A program made the translations under genes and the position numbers. Positions 52,231-64,000 of a stretch of DNA of 64,000 bases are shown in pieces (positions within the stretch are counted from its first letter, which is position 1; each line of letters begins with the position of its first letter). The notes under the pieces were generated by a model. The model ran no database searches, was not told the DNA's origin, and saw only the letters and a program-made list of their open reading frames with translations. Source of the stretch: Eledone cirrhosa (taxonomy: Eukaryota); the NCBI GenBank assembly GCA_964016885.1, contig OZ024754.1, forward strand, positions 7,316,001 to 7,380,000, read 5' to 3'.

Positions 52231-54349
52231 TGTATTGAGTACATTATTAACTGTGGTTACCCCGATTGAACCCCCCCCCCCCCACACACACATTACATTA
52301 CGTTACATTACATTTCTTTATATTAATACTTACATACCTACATACATTACATATATCCATGCAATCATGATATAATATACACACACATACATAAATGCAC
52401 GCATTACATTTCTTTATGTTAATACTTACATAGGCACATGCATTACATAAATCCGTGCAATATTTATATATTAATACACTACGCACACACACACACACAC
52501 ACACGCACACACGCATACACGCACACATACCCACATATATAAATAGATACAATTTTTCTCTAGTAATATGTATGGCTAGCGTTAGATTAGTAATTCTGTT
52601 CACATTCAGTTAATTAGTACTCGGTCTCCAATAATAATTAATACATCACTTCACAATTTAGTTCTAGAGCCAAATTTTGTGCAAATGCCATATGATATTA
52701 ATGTAATTAGTTCCACGTTTATAGCATGAATTATTATTTCTTCAATGATTCGCCAATTTAATCTTAAACTATTGAAGTAAAGGGACAGATTCTGTCTGTC
52801 AATGTGTCTTTTCTAGTACAAAAAGGGTACTTCTACAGAACTAGAACTGTTTCATTCAAAAGAAAGTATTGAGTAACTTTTCCCTTCTTTTTTATTCCTT
52901 TGGAGAGATTGGCTGTGTTAATACTAGGAGAGGTCATGTGCTCGATCAGGTTTAAAATACCCAGGGCACGCTTTTTGTCACTGCGGTAAGTGCCACTACA
53001 TATCCAGCGGAAGGTACTGTTTAGTACATACATAGTGAAATTTAAAAGATATTTTGTTGATATTTCTTACAAGGTGAACCCCTACGTAATGGCCAGGCTA
53101 TTTTCTTGGCTTGTAACGAGCCAAAATATATTGAGCTGGCCGAAGATATAATTTGTCCCATTATTAAGTGACTAAAGAAAGAAATCACTAATATAAAGAT
53201 GAATAGAGGTTTCTCCACTTTTATTAAAGACACGCTTTTATCGCTACTGCCATTACATTAACTACCTTCGAGCGATGATTAGATTGATTTTCTTGACACA
53301 AAGAAGTCAGATAGTGAACATGATATATGCCTACTAAAGTTAGACTGTTGCTAATGTCATTGAGAAAGGCGAGTTTGTCATGAAATATCACCTCAATGCT
53401 TGTAAACCTTTGGTCATATACATAAACCAGGAAAATAATAATTAGTTATTGGTCGTTGTTAAGTTCACTAATGTGTTTGATATAGATAAGTGATGGCTTG
53501 TCTAAAGAAATTAGTTTGGTAATAAATCGTTTTGTTGTAACGCGAACTATGGATTGTAAATGAATTTGATGAAATATAATTTGAGCTGAAAGTGTAAAGC
53601 ACACGGAAGGAATTTTTAAATGAAATTTATACGTAAAATATGGCAGATTGATGGAATAATCGATAGAGCATTGAGGAAAATATCGCGTAGAATTTAGCCA
53701 TATGGCTTTACGATTTGATTTCAATTCCTTCCCAGGATTACTTTGCCTTTCACAGACAGATACAATGAATCTAATACTTCTAAAATTCTGTGATTGATAT
53801 ACTTCTAAAATTCTGTGATCTGTAATTTAATACAGCCAAAATGGTGCATAATGAGAAAATACTCTGAATGGAAGTTGCCCCTGAAATGGGAATACAAATG
53901 GAATAAATCAGATTTCGCCTAAATCAGAGCATGGGATCCCGAGAGAGGGGTTTTCCGGGTACCTTCATAAATAGCCAACAACTCCATCATAACCAATCAG
54001 ATCGCTAGCACGCTTACCGAAAAGGCTTAGTGCAGTCAAGTTAAAGATAGACCGGAAGAAATCCCGTTTAGATAACAACTAGACCACACGTGGTCCAACG
54101 AGTCACGGGTGGTCTAGTATCAACTGAAAACATAATCTATATAATATGCTCTCCATATAAACGACTGTACATTAAAAGATGTTATGACAAAATGGCGTCA
54201 GGTATGTTGTATGAAATAATCCTAACTTATATTTCATCTTCAGTACATTTTTATGATCCTTCGTTTTTACATTCACTGCAGTATATTTGTTTATTCATCC
54301 AACCCCTTGTCTTCTTTGTTAATTCCTGTCTCTAAGGATTCACCTCATC

Positions 54350-54660
54350 ACATCCGGCGGCGGCCTCAGCAGAAATCGACTCAACAATTGATCTCTACGC
54401 TGGTCTGTCGTTCATTGCCTTTGCCAAGTTCTGGATTTCAATACCAGATTTTCTGGAGTTGACATCGAGATAGGAGAGCTTGCGCCCTCTGTTATTAGTG
54501 ACTGCTTGTGGTTTTCAAAGCACTAATAGGGACACAGCCTCATAGGTGGCACGATGGCAGTGGCCAGCAAATCTTACTCTCCTTTTACGTACAACGACAG
54601 ATATGTGTGGGAAGCCGGCATATATTTATCTCAAAGTCAGATGTCGCCATGATTCATTTA
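54350..54660 (-). mobile_element. RTE-clade LINE 3' fragment (degenerate)
   Basis: SWRHLTL..IYAGFPHISVVVRKRRVRFAGHCHRATYEAVSLLVL...LAKAMNDR. Confidence 0.8.
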
Positions 54661-54795
54661 GCTTACTGATTCAGTCCTATCTTTATTAATGTTAATTTCC
54701 ATTTTCCTTACTTCTTATTACTTCGCTTAGTAGAGAGAAATTTATTTTTTAGAAGCTTGTCAGTTTGACTGTATCTATAATGCAAAGGTCTAGAC

Positions 54796-55073
54796 TAGAA
54801 ACGGGCAACCTTTTTCAAGAAGTGGGCCGCATGAGATATGGCTCATCATCAGGTGGGCCGCAAGCGCTAATTTACATTCGTGCCCACATTAAAAAAGGGC
54901 GGTAACTCAGGTTGTTTTGATTTGTTTCTTCAGAATTCATTTCTCGATCGTAAAAATGATAGAAAGATAAATTACGACTGAAAAGTTGGGGTAAAAAAAT
55001 CAGAAAGATTTCACTTAGGGGACTTAGACGAGCCATTGAGAAAGCTTCGCGGGCCGCAGGTTGCCTATGACTG
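54796..55073. mobile_element. hAT (Charlie/Buster-type) MITE
   Basis: Termini ..GGGCAACC / GGTTGCCTATGACTG, subterminal GGGCCGC repeats, imperfect 8-bp TSD GTCTAGAC / GTTTAGAT. Confidence 0.75.
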
Positions 55074-55773
55074 GTTTAGATTTATCACATACTATAACAC
55101 TCCGAAACTGTCTGGGAATTGCATTAAAAACATGTGTGTTTGTTGTATACTAAACCACATACACCTTATTACCCGAATTGGAAGTTAACTTGACCGTGAA
55201 GCTGGTTACTCAACGTCGAAACCGACGGAGGATCCATCCATAATTACTTTTCTTTATGTTATTTCATTTTCTGATCTCATTTAAACCTTACACCGTTCTC
55301 AAAGTGTTTATTTAGAAACATGGTTCAATAGAAATATGATTATTAAGAATATATTATCAGCAAATAATATAATGTAACTCACCAAATGTATGATGTTATG
55401 TTGAGTTCTAAAATTAACGGAAAAATTATGAAAATATATGGAAAAATTAATGTCTGCTTGTTCAGTGGAAATAGAGTTTAAAGAGTATGACTTTGAAAGA
55501 TGGTGATTCAACTTCAACAATGACTTTTAATTAAGGTGAGCAAACAGAATATAGCATGTATATATCTATCTTTTCAACTCTATATCTTTATGGCTTCCTT
55601 AATTTAACAACAAATGAATGTTACAAGTTTCAAATTCTACCAACAAAATTAACAAAGCGGACTTTGTAGAATATATTTATAAATATAATGGCGGTATGTT
55701 ACATCTTGTATGTATGCTGAAGGTAAAATAAGTTATTATTCGATATCATCATCATCATCATTATTATCGTGAA

Positions 55774-56908
55774 TTGGCAGTATTGGTAGAGGGTCGGACG
55801 CCATGCTTTGACGTATAGAATTACGGCCCTTCACGTTCTGATTTCAAATCCCGCCGAGGTTAACTTTGCCTTGCATCCTTACAGAGGTCAATAAAGTAAA
55901 GTACCAGTAATGCACTGAAATAATTGCTGGCCTTGTGCCAAAAGTACAAACAATTATTATCATTATCGAAGGATGGTTGACTGATAGTATCGGTAGAGCG
56001 TCGGACAACATGCTTTGTGGCATAGAGTTACGATTCTTTACGTTCTGAGTTCAAATCCCTCTGAATTTAGTTTTGCCTTTCATCCTTACAGGGTTGATAA
56101 AATAAAGCACCAGTAATGCACTGAGGTCGATTTAATCGACTTTTCCCTCCCCTTCAAATTGCTGGATTTGTGCCTATAGTAGACATCATTATTATTAATG
56201 CCTACAGCGTATATAGCCATGACATGGTTTGTACCTTGTCAGTGAGTGTCCACCGAGACACTGCAGAGTGAAGATGGTATAATGCAGCACTAGGAACAAA
56301 TTTCACATTCATTTAATACAGTTGAGATCAGAAATAGGTTTTGAATCCCATGGTTCATTATAATTCACACAAAAAAAAGCAGTATTAGTAGAGGGTCGGG
56401 TGCCATGCTTTGAAGCATAGAGTTACCTCCCTTTATGATCTGAGTTCAAATCCCACCGAGGTTAACTTTGCCTTTCATCCTTACGGGGTCGATAAAATAA
56501 AGTCCCAGTAATGCACTGGGATAATTGCTGGCCTTGTGCCAAAAGTAGAAACCATTATTATTATTTTCTGAATTTCTTTGTATCCTGCTTCTGTCCTATA
56601 TCTTGCCGAGTGCCAGCCTGACACCTGAGGCAACATTTCGTAATACATACATTTGACAATCAATTGACATAAGAATGATATGATACAATAAAGGCATGAA
56701 CAAAACAGTAATTAAACTAATAATTGTTTCTACTTTTGGTATAAGGCCAGCAATTATCCAGTGTATTACTGGTACTTTATTTTATCGACCACGTAAGGAT
56801 GAAAGGCAAAGTTAACCTCGGCGGGATTTGAACTCAGATCATAAAGGGACGTAACTCTATGCGTCAAAACATGGCGTCCGACCCTCTACAGATACTGCCA
56901 ATCCACCA
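55774..56908. mobile_element. SINE cluster: + copies at 55774, 55975, 56380 and a - copy at 56719-56908
   Basis: Family motifs. Confidence 0.9.
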
Positions 56909-57077
56909 CTCTTCTCAGAACATTGATAGTGGCAGTCAGCACTGTATCTCTTGCACTCTTGCAGATATGGTTTTCCAGGTATCTGATAAGTTGATATTGA
57001 TTGCTGAAGCTGGATGATTCCTATGATTCCTCTTTGTCTAGGTAGAGAGTCAATCCATATAAGCGTTCCTTAATTAC

Positions 57078-57297
57078 TTCACCACCATAGATGCTGAGCT
57101 GGCCAGCCGCAGGTGTGAGCCTCGCAAGATGGAATGGCTCTTCCATTGCACCTCCTTTACCATCCTCTGGGGGAAAGCCTTCCCCATTCTATCCGCATGG
57201 GCTGTAGGGCGGCCAGCACGTGGGTCCCAATTTGCTCACTATACAGAGAGATGGGGGAGGGCGAGAGAGAGAGATATATATGGGGGCGATGACGGTG
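57078..57297 (+). mobile_element. CRE-like 3' fragment
   Basis: GCTGGCCAGCCGCAGGTGTGAGCCTCGC and tail match 31175-31350. Confidence 0.85.
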
Positions 57298-58767
57298 CAC
57301 CTGTCAAAAGTCTATTTTCATACTTGTGACGAACATTGTCAATTCCTATATATGCAAATGTAAAGCACCACCATACCCACCATGGATACGACTACATCTT
57401 ACACTAGTAATAACATCACATCCAGAACCATCATTAAAATCTTCTTTCAGGTAGTTTCAGATGTTGTACATAATTTTTAATTTGCACCTTCCAAAACGGG
57501 ATCATCTGAGGGTTACTAATAACATTTTTCGTTTTTATTTGAGAATCAGTTAATGAGCTATTAAGAAATCAAATTACGAAAAGAGAAATCGTTTTCTATA
57601 TATTTCTTTATAGAACAGATCAGTTACGATTGCGTGTCTTACCTTAAGTACGAGTTATATATAAATTTATATGATTTGATCGTCCATATTTCAATAAACA
57701 TTGACCTCACATCTGTCAATTTTCAACATTAAAGTGAACTTATCTTTCAACTCCGATTTCTTTCTGTTTATTGTATTACTTGAGACCATAACAGACATAT
57801 AATAAATATTTGTGAAGTAGAATCTCACACCGCTTCCTTCAATGTTAATTCCCAGAGAATAACAACTTTAAACAGAACTCTTAGACAAGATATTTAATTT
57901 ATGGACCTATTCCTGGGTTATCAACCGTATGAAACATCAATTTACCTGGAGTAGGTTTAGAATTTCGTTTGAAATATTTGCCAATGAATTATATTACAGT
58001 GTCTCGAGTAATCATTCTGATAGTACTTTCTTCAAAAGATAGTTTCATTCCACTTTGGATTTCAAATGAGATATAATTTTATAATTCCGTATGAATTGGC
58101 ACCGTACTGGTATGAATAACGCCAATCTTTAACATATTTGAGAAAGGTGTGTGTACAGGATATCATAACAACATTTAATAGAAGTCATAATAAAATCAAA
58201 GGGTCTCGGGACACTTTAAAACGTATCAATTTAGTGGAATACATTAAAACGGTTGGGGTTCGGTAAATATAATTTTCGATGTTTTGCTGTAATGTTTTAT
58301 ATTCACATTTATACATCCTCTCTTCCATAAAGTGATCAGATTTGTCAGGGGATTAAGCAGATAAAAAATATACTTTTTTCCATAAAGGGGTATGAATTTA
58401 TTAGTTTTGTTTCCTAAATTATTAAAACATATTTTGCTACCACATAAATCTCTTTTCATAGACTCAATGTTTCCCCATATGCACAAACGGACCAAGATAC
58501 ACACATGTTGTATTCATGAACACACACATAAAAGCAACTGTGTGGCTCATGCATGCACCCGTTTGCTCATACATATACTTATAATTCAAATACCTATATT
58601 GTCTTCGTATGAATACATGTTCACATAAATATATATAACGTTCATGCGTTTATATAATATATATATATAGTGGTAGAACACTGGATGGTAATATCCGTAG
58701 TGGTAGAGTACTCAGTCCATGGGACGTGTTAGGTAGAAGTGGTTACACAACAGTTAGTTCACCATAC

Positions 58768-58805
58768 CGAGAACAATTGTTTCACCTTAGCGGATCCTCA
58801 GCTCG
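58768..58805 (-). ncRNA. minimal type-I hammerhead ribozyme
   Basis: CGAG-CTGAGGA-TCC GCTAA GGT-GAAA-CAATTG-TT-CTCG; palindromic stem III. Confidence 0.72.
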
Positions 58806-58856
58806 TAATTGACATGTCGTAATGGACATGTACAAAAACAAAGAAAAGAATCCCCA

Positions 58857-58899
58857 GTCACTGAAGAGGTCACAGAATGTGTGACGAAAGAACTTTGAC
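58857..58899 (+). ncRNA. minimal type-I hammerhead ribozyme
   Basis: GTCA-CTGAAGA-G-GTCACA GAATG TGTGAC-GAAA-GAAC-TT-TGAC. Confidence 0.7.
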
Positions 58900-59035
58900 A
58901 ATATATAAACAACCATCTGGTTGTGGAACCAACCAACCAACCGGAAATTTATAAATTTATTATAATAAATTGAAGTGAAAGCAACTGGTGCGTGTGTTTC
59001 TTATTGGCAACATGACCCTCCCAAAGTATAACATT

Positions 59036-59307
59036 ATATATATATATATATATGTATATATATGTATATACATGGCAGCGATAATGAGGGAAAGAGACCG
59101 CTTATATGTATATATATATATATATGTATATGTATATATATATATATGTGTATATATATATATATGTATATATATATATGTATATATATATATATGTATA
59201 AATGTGTGTATATATATGTGTGTATATATATAAATGTGTATATATATAAATATATGTATATATATAAATATATGTATATATATATATATATATGTGTGTG
59301 TATATAA

Positions 59308-59352
<45 letters not shown>
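59036..59352. repeat. (TA)n/TATG microsatellites
   Basis: Direct inspection. Confidence 0.92.
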
Positions 59353-59355
<3 letters not shown>

Positions 59356-59871
59356 CATACAACGCATATCACAATTGCACATACTTAAACAGAAACTCGC
59401 CTATATTTAAGGTTACACCCAGAATCATTCACACACATGCACACATATATTTGTATTCACTCGGATACACATCTCCATATCTAGATAGGCAAGCATACAT
59501 AATACGCCCATAGAATTAAATTAAAATGAATGATAGCAGCTATAATTAAGACATGTAATTATACTTTTAATTAATTCCATCATTTAGTCCTCCCTCTCTC
59601 TTTAGAAAATAATTCTGAAATTCCGTCATGAAAAGATATTTTAAAATCTTTCAGAAACTAATCCATTAAAATGAAACATAACAGATACAACTTTTCACGA
59701 CCATTGTCTCTTCGTGTTATAGTTAATGGCCGTGGGACCCCATCTGCTTACCATACGGATTAAGATATGACTCTCTTTTTCTGTTATTTACTCTAATACG
59801 ATCTCATTTTCAGGATTCATTCACTCATAGATATTAACGAACATTTATGTTGATAAACAAAAAAATAATAT

Positions 59872-60150
59872 TAATTGTATCTACTTTTGGCACAAGGCCA
59901 GCAATTACCCAGTGCATTACTGATACTTTATTTTAGCGACCATGGGGTCGATAAAATAAAGTACCAGTAATACACTGGGTAATTGCTGGCCTTGTGTCAA
60001 AAGTAGAAACAATTACTGATACTTTATTTTAGCGACCCCCTAAGGATGAAAGGCAAAGTTAACCTCGGCGGGATTTCAACTCAGAATGGCAGGGGCCTTA
60101 ACTCTATGCAGCAAAAGCATGGCGTTCGACCCTCTACCGATACTGCCAAT
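59872..60150 (-). mobile_element. Deu/Nin-like SINE with an internal forward-reverse-forward rearrangement
   Basis: 59872-59941 is mirrored by 59945-60015, then the element resumes. Confidence 0.9.
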
Positions 60151-60407
60151 AATAATAATTATCCCCTAGAAAATGATAAGAAACGAAAAATTCCTAAATA
60201 GTTAATTTTCAAATGTAGTACACGTCACGTGTCATGAATTACATAGTCTGTTAAATGGAGCAATAGTACTCAACATTGGTGTTCAATATTCTACTTCAAA
60301 TTTCATGTATAATAGCTGACACCGTAAAAATATCACCGATAATACGAGAAAACCAACAACTATTAAATATCAGTATGTAGTAGTAGTAGTAGTAGTAGAG
60401 ACAGCTT

Positions 60408-60642
60408 ACACCTATGCAGGTTTAGCTGGCCTCCTCCAAGGTATATCTCGTTGGAGATGTCTTGGGTAATTTAATGATAGGGACTCCAGTCCCTATCATC
60501 TCATTTCTACAGCTGAGTAAACTGGAGCAACGTGAAATAAAGTGTCCTGCTCAAGGAAACAACACATCACCCGGTCCGAGAATTGAACTCGCAACATTTC
60601 GATTGCAAGCCCAATGCTCTAACCACTAAGCCATGCTCCTTC
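60408..60642 (-). mobile_element. CORE-like SINE, tail type 1
   Basis: Closely similar to 10300-10531; (TAG)n at the 3' end; flanked by the direct repeat TAAATATCAGTATG. Confidence 0.9.
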
Positions 60643-61248
60643 ATAAATATCAGTATGGCATGTTAATGGCCGTTATAGCACAAGTGACCAATGTCATGGC
60701 CGACGGAAATTAAATCCTCTCAGAAAAATGTTATCATACAGCTCAATATTTACTAAAATTGTGTATTGATTATTTTTTGAAACACTAATCAATACAACGC
60801 AAATCATTATTTTATCAGGTTATGTGGAAAATATTTACGTACTTGAAATCTGTGTTTCGAATATATTGATTTTAGGGTTGATTTCATTAATGTTTGAATA
60901 AAAAAAGAAGCAGACGAAACACAACTTAGCGAAACTAAAGTAGTTTTCAGTTAAAATGAAAGTAATTTTGAACTGAATACAAATATTAATACAAAAATAC
61001 TGAAATTAAAAGTTCTCTAATAGCTTTCGCATTTGCTCTTATTTGATCAACCGAAGTTGGAAGTTTCTTAAAATTAGATTCTATTTCCAGTTAAACCGTA
61101 AATCACATGAGAGAAATATGAGTGGTTCTACATATTTGTTAGGTAATATGAACTTTAAAAGATTTTATCTAAAATTACATTATAAAATATAGGTTAAATA
61201 CTGAAATGAATATATATATATATATATAATATATATATATAGATATAT

Positions 61249-62014
61249 AATATCGTAATGAAACAATCTTGCGTTGCTGAAGATTCTGTCTTTACTTTGC
61301 CCAATTACAACCAACCTATATATATATATATAGGTTGGTTGTAATTGGGCAAAGTAAAGACAGAATCTTCAGCAACGCAAGATTGTTTCATTACGATATT
61401 GAGAATTTGGCGAAGTTATAAGTTATTTCAAATTCATCATTGATTAACTGAGTTGTTATGGTTTAGTTGAAGTGTTCATATTTATCCCAACATTAGTAGT
61501 GACATTAGCACTGTAAATTGGCAGCACGACCCTCCCAAAGTATAACAATATATATATGTATGTATGTATGTATATATGTATGCATGTATGTATGTAAAAG
61601 GTAAACAGAAATAACTACATAATCGGTACAGTATATGGAAGGAATATATTAGGTTAACGCTTGAAATAGCATGAACAGGGTCTTGACGTTTCGTACGCTA
61701 GTCCTTCATCAGAAGAAAGAATAAGAAATAAGATAGATTGAAAGGTTGCTTGACTATGCTTATTGAATAATGAAATGTTAATGCTTTGTTGATTTCTAAA
61801 AGTACAACGAACGTAGTAGACTCAATTTACAGTGCTAATGTCACTACTAATTTTGGGATAAATATGAACACTTCAACTAAACCATAACAACTCAGTTAAT
61901 CAATGATGAATTTGAAATAACTTATAACTTCGCCAACTTCTCAATATCGTAATGAAACAATCTTGCGTTGCTGAAGATTCTGTCTTTACTTTGCCCAATT
62001 ACAACCAACCTATA
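61249..62014. repeat. three-arm inverted duplication (61249-61320 forward, 61330-61520 reverse, 61823-62014 forward)
   Basis: ~190-bp near-perfect reverse complement; first fold-back is centred on (TA)n. Confidence 0.93.
61681..61716 (-). ncRNA. classic Penelope-type minimal hammerhead
   Basis: TCTT-CTGATGA-A-GGAC TAGC GTAC-GAAA-CG-TC-AAGA; degenerate relatives at ~37885-37945 and 43933-44000. Confidence 0.75.
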
Positions 62015-62974
62015 AACCTATATGTTCTTCACTAGTGAGAAATATGAGAAATAAATTTAAAACAATGGTTTGCTAGGGAATTTATTTTTATCGTATTCAC
62101 TAATTTCTTGAAGGAATGGAAAGTGATAAAATGCTCAAAATACCATGTGTATAAATCCCACACATTTGTAATAAGAAAATTGTAGGGCATACACATTTAC
62201 AATGAGATGATCTGTAATTCACAGATTTACATTGAATCCCCTTAGTTTCAATTCTCTGAGACATGATATAACTAGAGGCAAGTAAATATGGTTCGGTCTG
62301 ATTTGAGAGAGCTAGTGGCATATCAATCCACTACTCTGGTGTGTGAATCTCATTGATTACAATACATACACAGCTGGCTTTTCGGAATAAATCAGCTTGA
62401 ACTTTCTTAATTACCCTTTAATGGATGTGTTGTTGTTATTGATTGATTTCTTGAAGGATGAAATATGAAGTATGAAAGTGAAATTTTACCTTCACGAGAT
62501 TTGAAATCAGATTATACAGCCTTTTATCCAATGCTATAGAAATTCTATTAATCCAACATCCTCAACTGATATTGATAAGTTGTTTATTGGTCCCTATGGT
62601 GTCTTTGTTTTAATTATAATTGCATTATGCAATTATTACTCCCGTTTCACAAACACTATTTAAAACGGATCGATAAAATGAGTATAAACTACTTCATTGG
62701 TTTAATTTTTTCTCTCCTCTCTTGGTCAAACAATTTCACATTTATGATTACTATCCTTTTCTCACACATCACTATCGTCAAATATCTCTCCAATGTCTAA
62801 TCCGGTAACTCCTGCTAGACTCGTAGGGGCGCCGCATTGACATACGGTGTTTCCTGGGTATTTTAAGCCTGGCGGAGCCCATCCCTCTCCAGGCACGAGT
62901 ACAGCAGATTTCTTCTAGAGACAGATCGAAAGTGAGAGATAGGAAATGAGAAAGAGATATAGAGGAAGAATCGG

Positions 62975-63095
62975 TCCCAGTACTAGACTGGTACGTCTTT
63001 TTATCGACATTGAAAGGATGAAGGGCAAAGTTGACCTTGGTAGGATTTGACCGCAGAGAACCGGAACGAATACCGTAAATCATTGTATCCGTACT
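62975..63095 (-). mobile_element. old Deu/Nin-like SINE
   Basis: GGTAC..TTTATCGAC..AAGGATGAAGGGCAAAGTTGACCT. Confidence 0.75.
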
Positions 63096-64000
63096 CGCAC
63101 ACACACACACACACACATACAGTTATATAAACATCTCTATTTCTTGACGTTGACGAATAAGAAACATAAAGAATTCATAGATACAGAAATCAATATATAC
63201 TTATCCGTTTGCATCAAATAATACATTTATTTATGTAGATACACCATCAATCTTATCCACATTTATATTCCAACACAAAACCTAAAATGCATAAACCAAG
63301 AAGCTCTACGTGTTTCGACAAGAACGATGTCATATCTAATAGAAACGGACATGTTAACATACGTCTAAAATATTTTGGATATTCTTCAAAAGAAATATTA
63401 TTTATTCACATCTAAAATATCTCGGAGGTTTTCCATAATCCATCGGAATGACAGAATATTTCGTTGTTCAACTTTAACTTAAGCTTCAAGATGTATTTGT
63501 TATTTCACGTTAAAGCACAAGTCTTGTATTCATAATTGTATTTTGGTTATCAAACATAAATATATACGATTCACCTTCAATAATCTGTATGGAAGCCTTT
63601 ACATATCATGAAGTAGTCTGTTTTCTTTTTATTCTATGTGTCAGATGAAAAAGAATTGTCATTACATGCAAGGATTTCCTCTGTAATCCTCAATACAGAA
63701 ATAATAATCAGATATTAAATGCCTTTAGCAGATCTTTGTATTTATATTAGTGTAGAATTATGATCGCTCATCAAAAGCATCATTAACAAAATGGAAATCC
63801 AATTTATCTTTGATCTTTCTTCATAGTTTGAGTGAGATGTTGTTATTTTGTCTAATATGTGAATAGTTTTACTGGAGATACGAAGTTTTATTAGGATTCC
63901 CTAGTTTAATGGAAGGTCGTAAATGAAATCATGTTTTAACTCAACAGTAAGAGTTATTTGTCTGTTTCATTACTAAAGATAGGACATGGGGATTATTACT

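Noticed and set aside
54840-54860. CTGATGA (minus strand) inside the hAT MITE
   Set aside because: No downstream GAAA or stems.

Overview
AT-rich, repeat-dense eukaryotic (metazoan) intergenic or intronic DNA. The SINE families recall those of octopus/coleoid cephalopods; this is an inference from memory, not a search. No intact host gene is visible and most ORFs in the track are microsatellite artefacts. The window holds: about 30 copies of a tRNA-derived SINE with a Deu/Nin-like core; several CORE-like SINEs; 3' fragments of CRE, R4/Dong-like and RTE non-LTR retrotransposons; an internally deleted Chapaev3-like DNA transposon with TIRs and a TTA TSD; a hAT MITE; many mini- and microsatellites. 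The most notable signal is about 10 complete and about 6 partial or degenerate minimal type-I hammerhead ribozyme motifs (CUGANGA...GAAA-palindrome-UH). They belong to several sequence-unrelated, non-coding 100-400 bp elements that sit in or next to (TA)n tracts, often as fold-back palindromes. Several share a GAGTRCTC-like motif downstream, and one has an unusual branched ~80-nt stem II. This resembles Penelope-like pLTR/retrozyme remnants. All structures were read by eye and coordinates of degenerate repeats are approximate.
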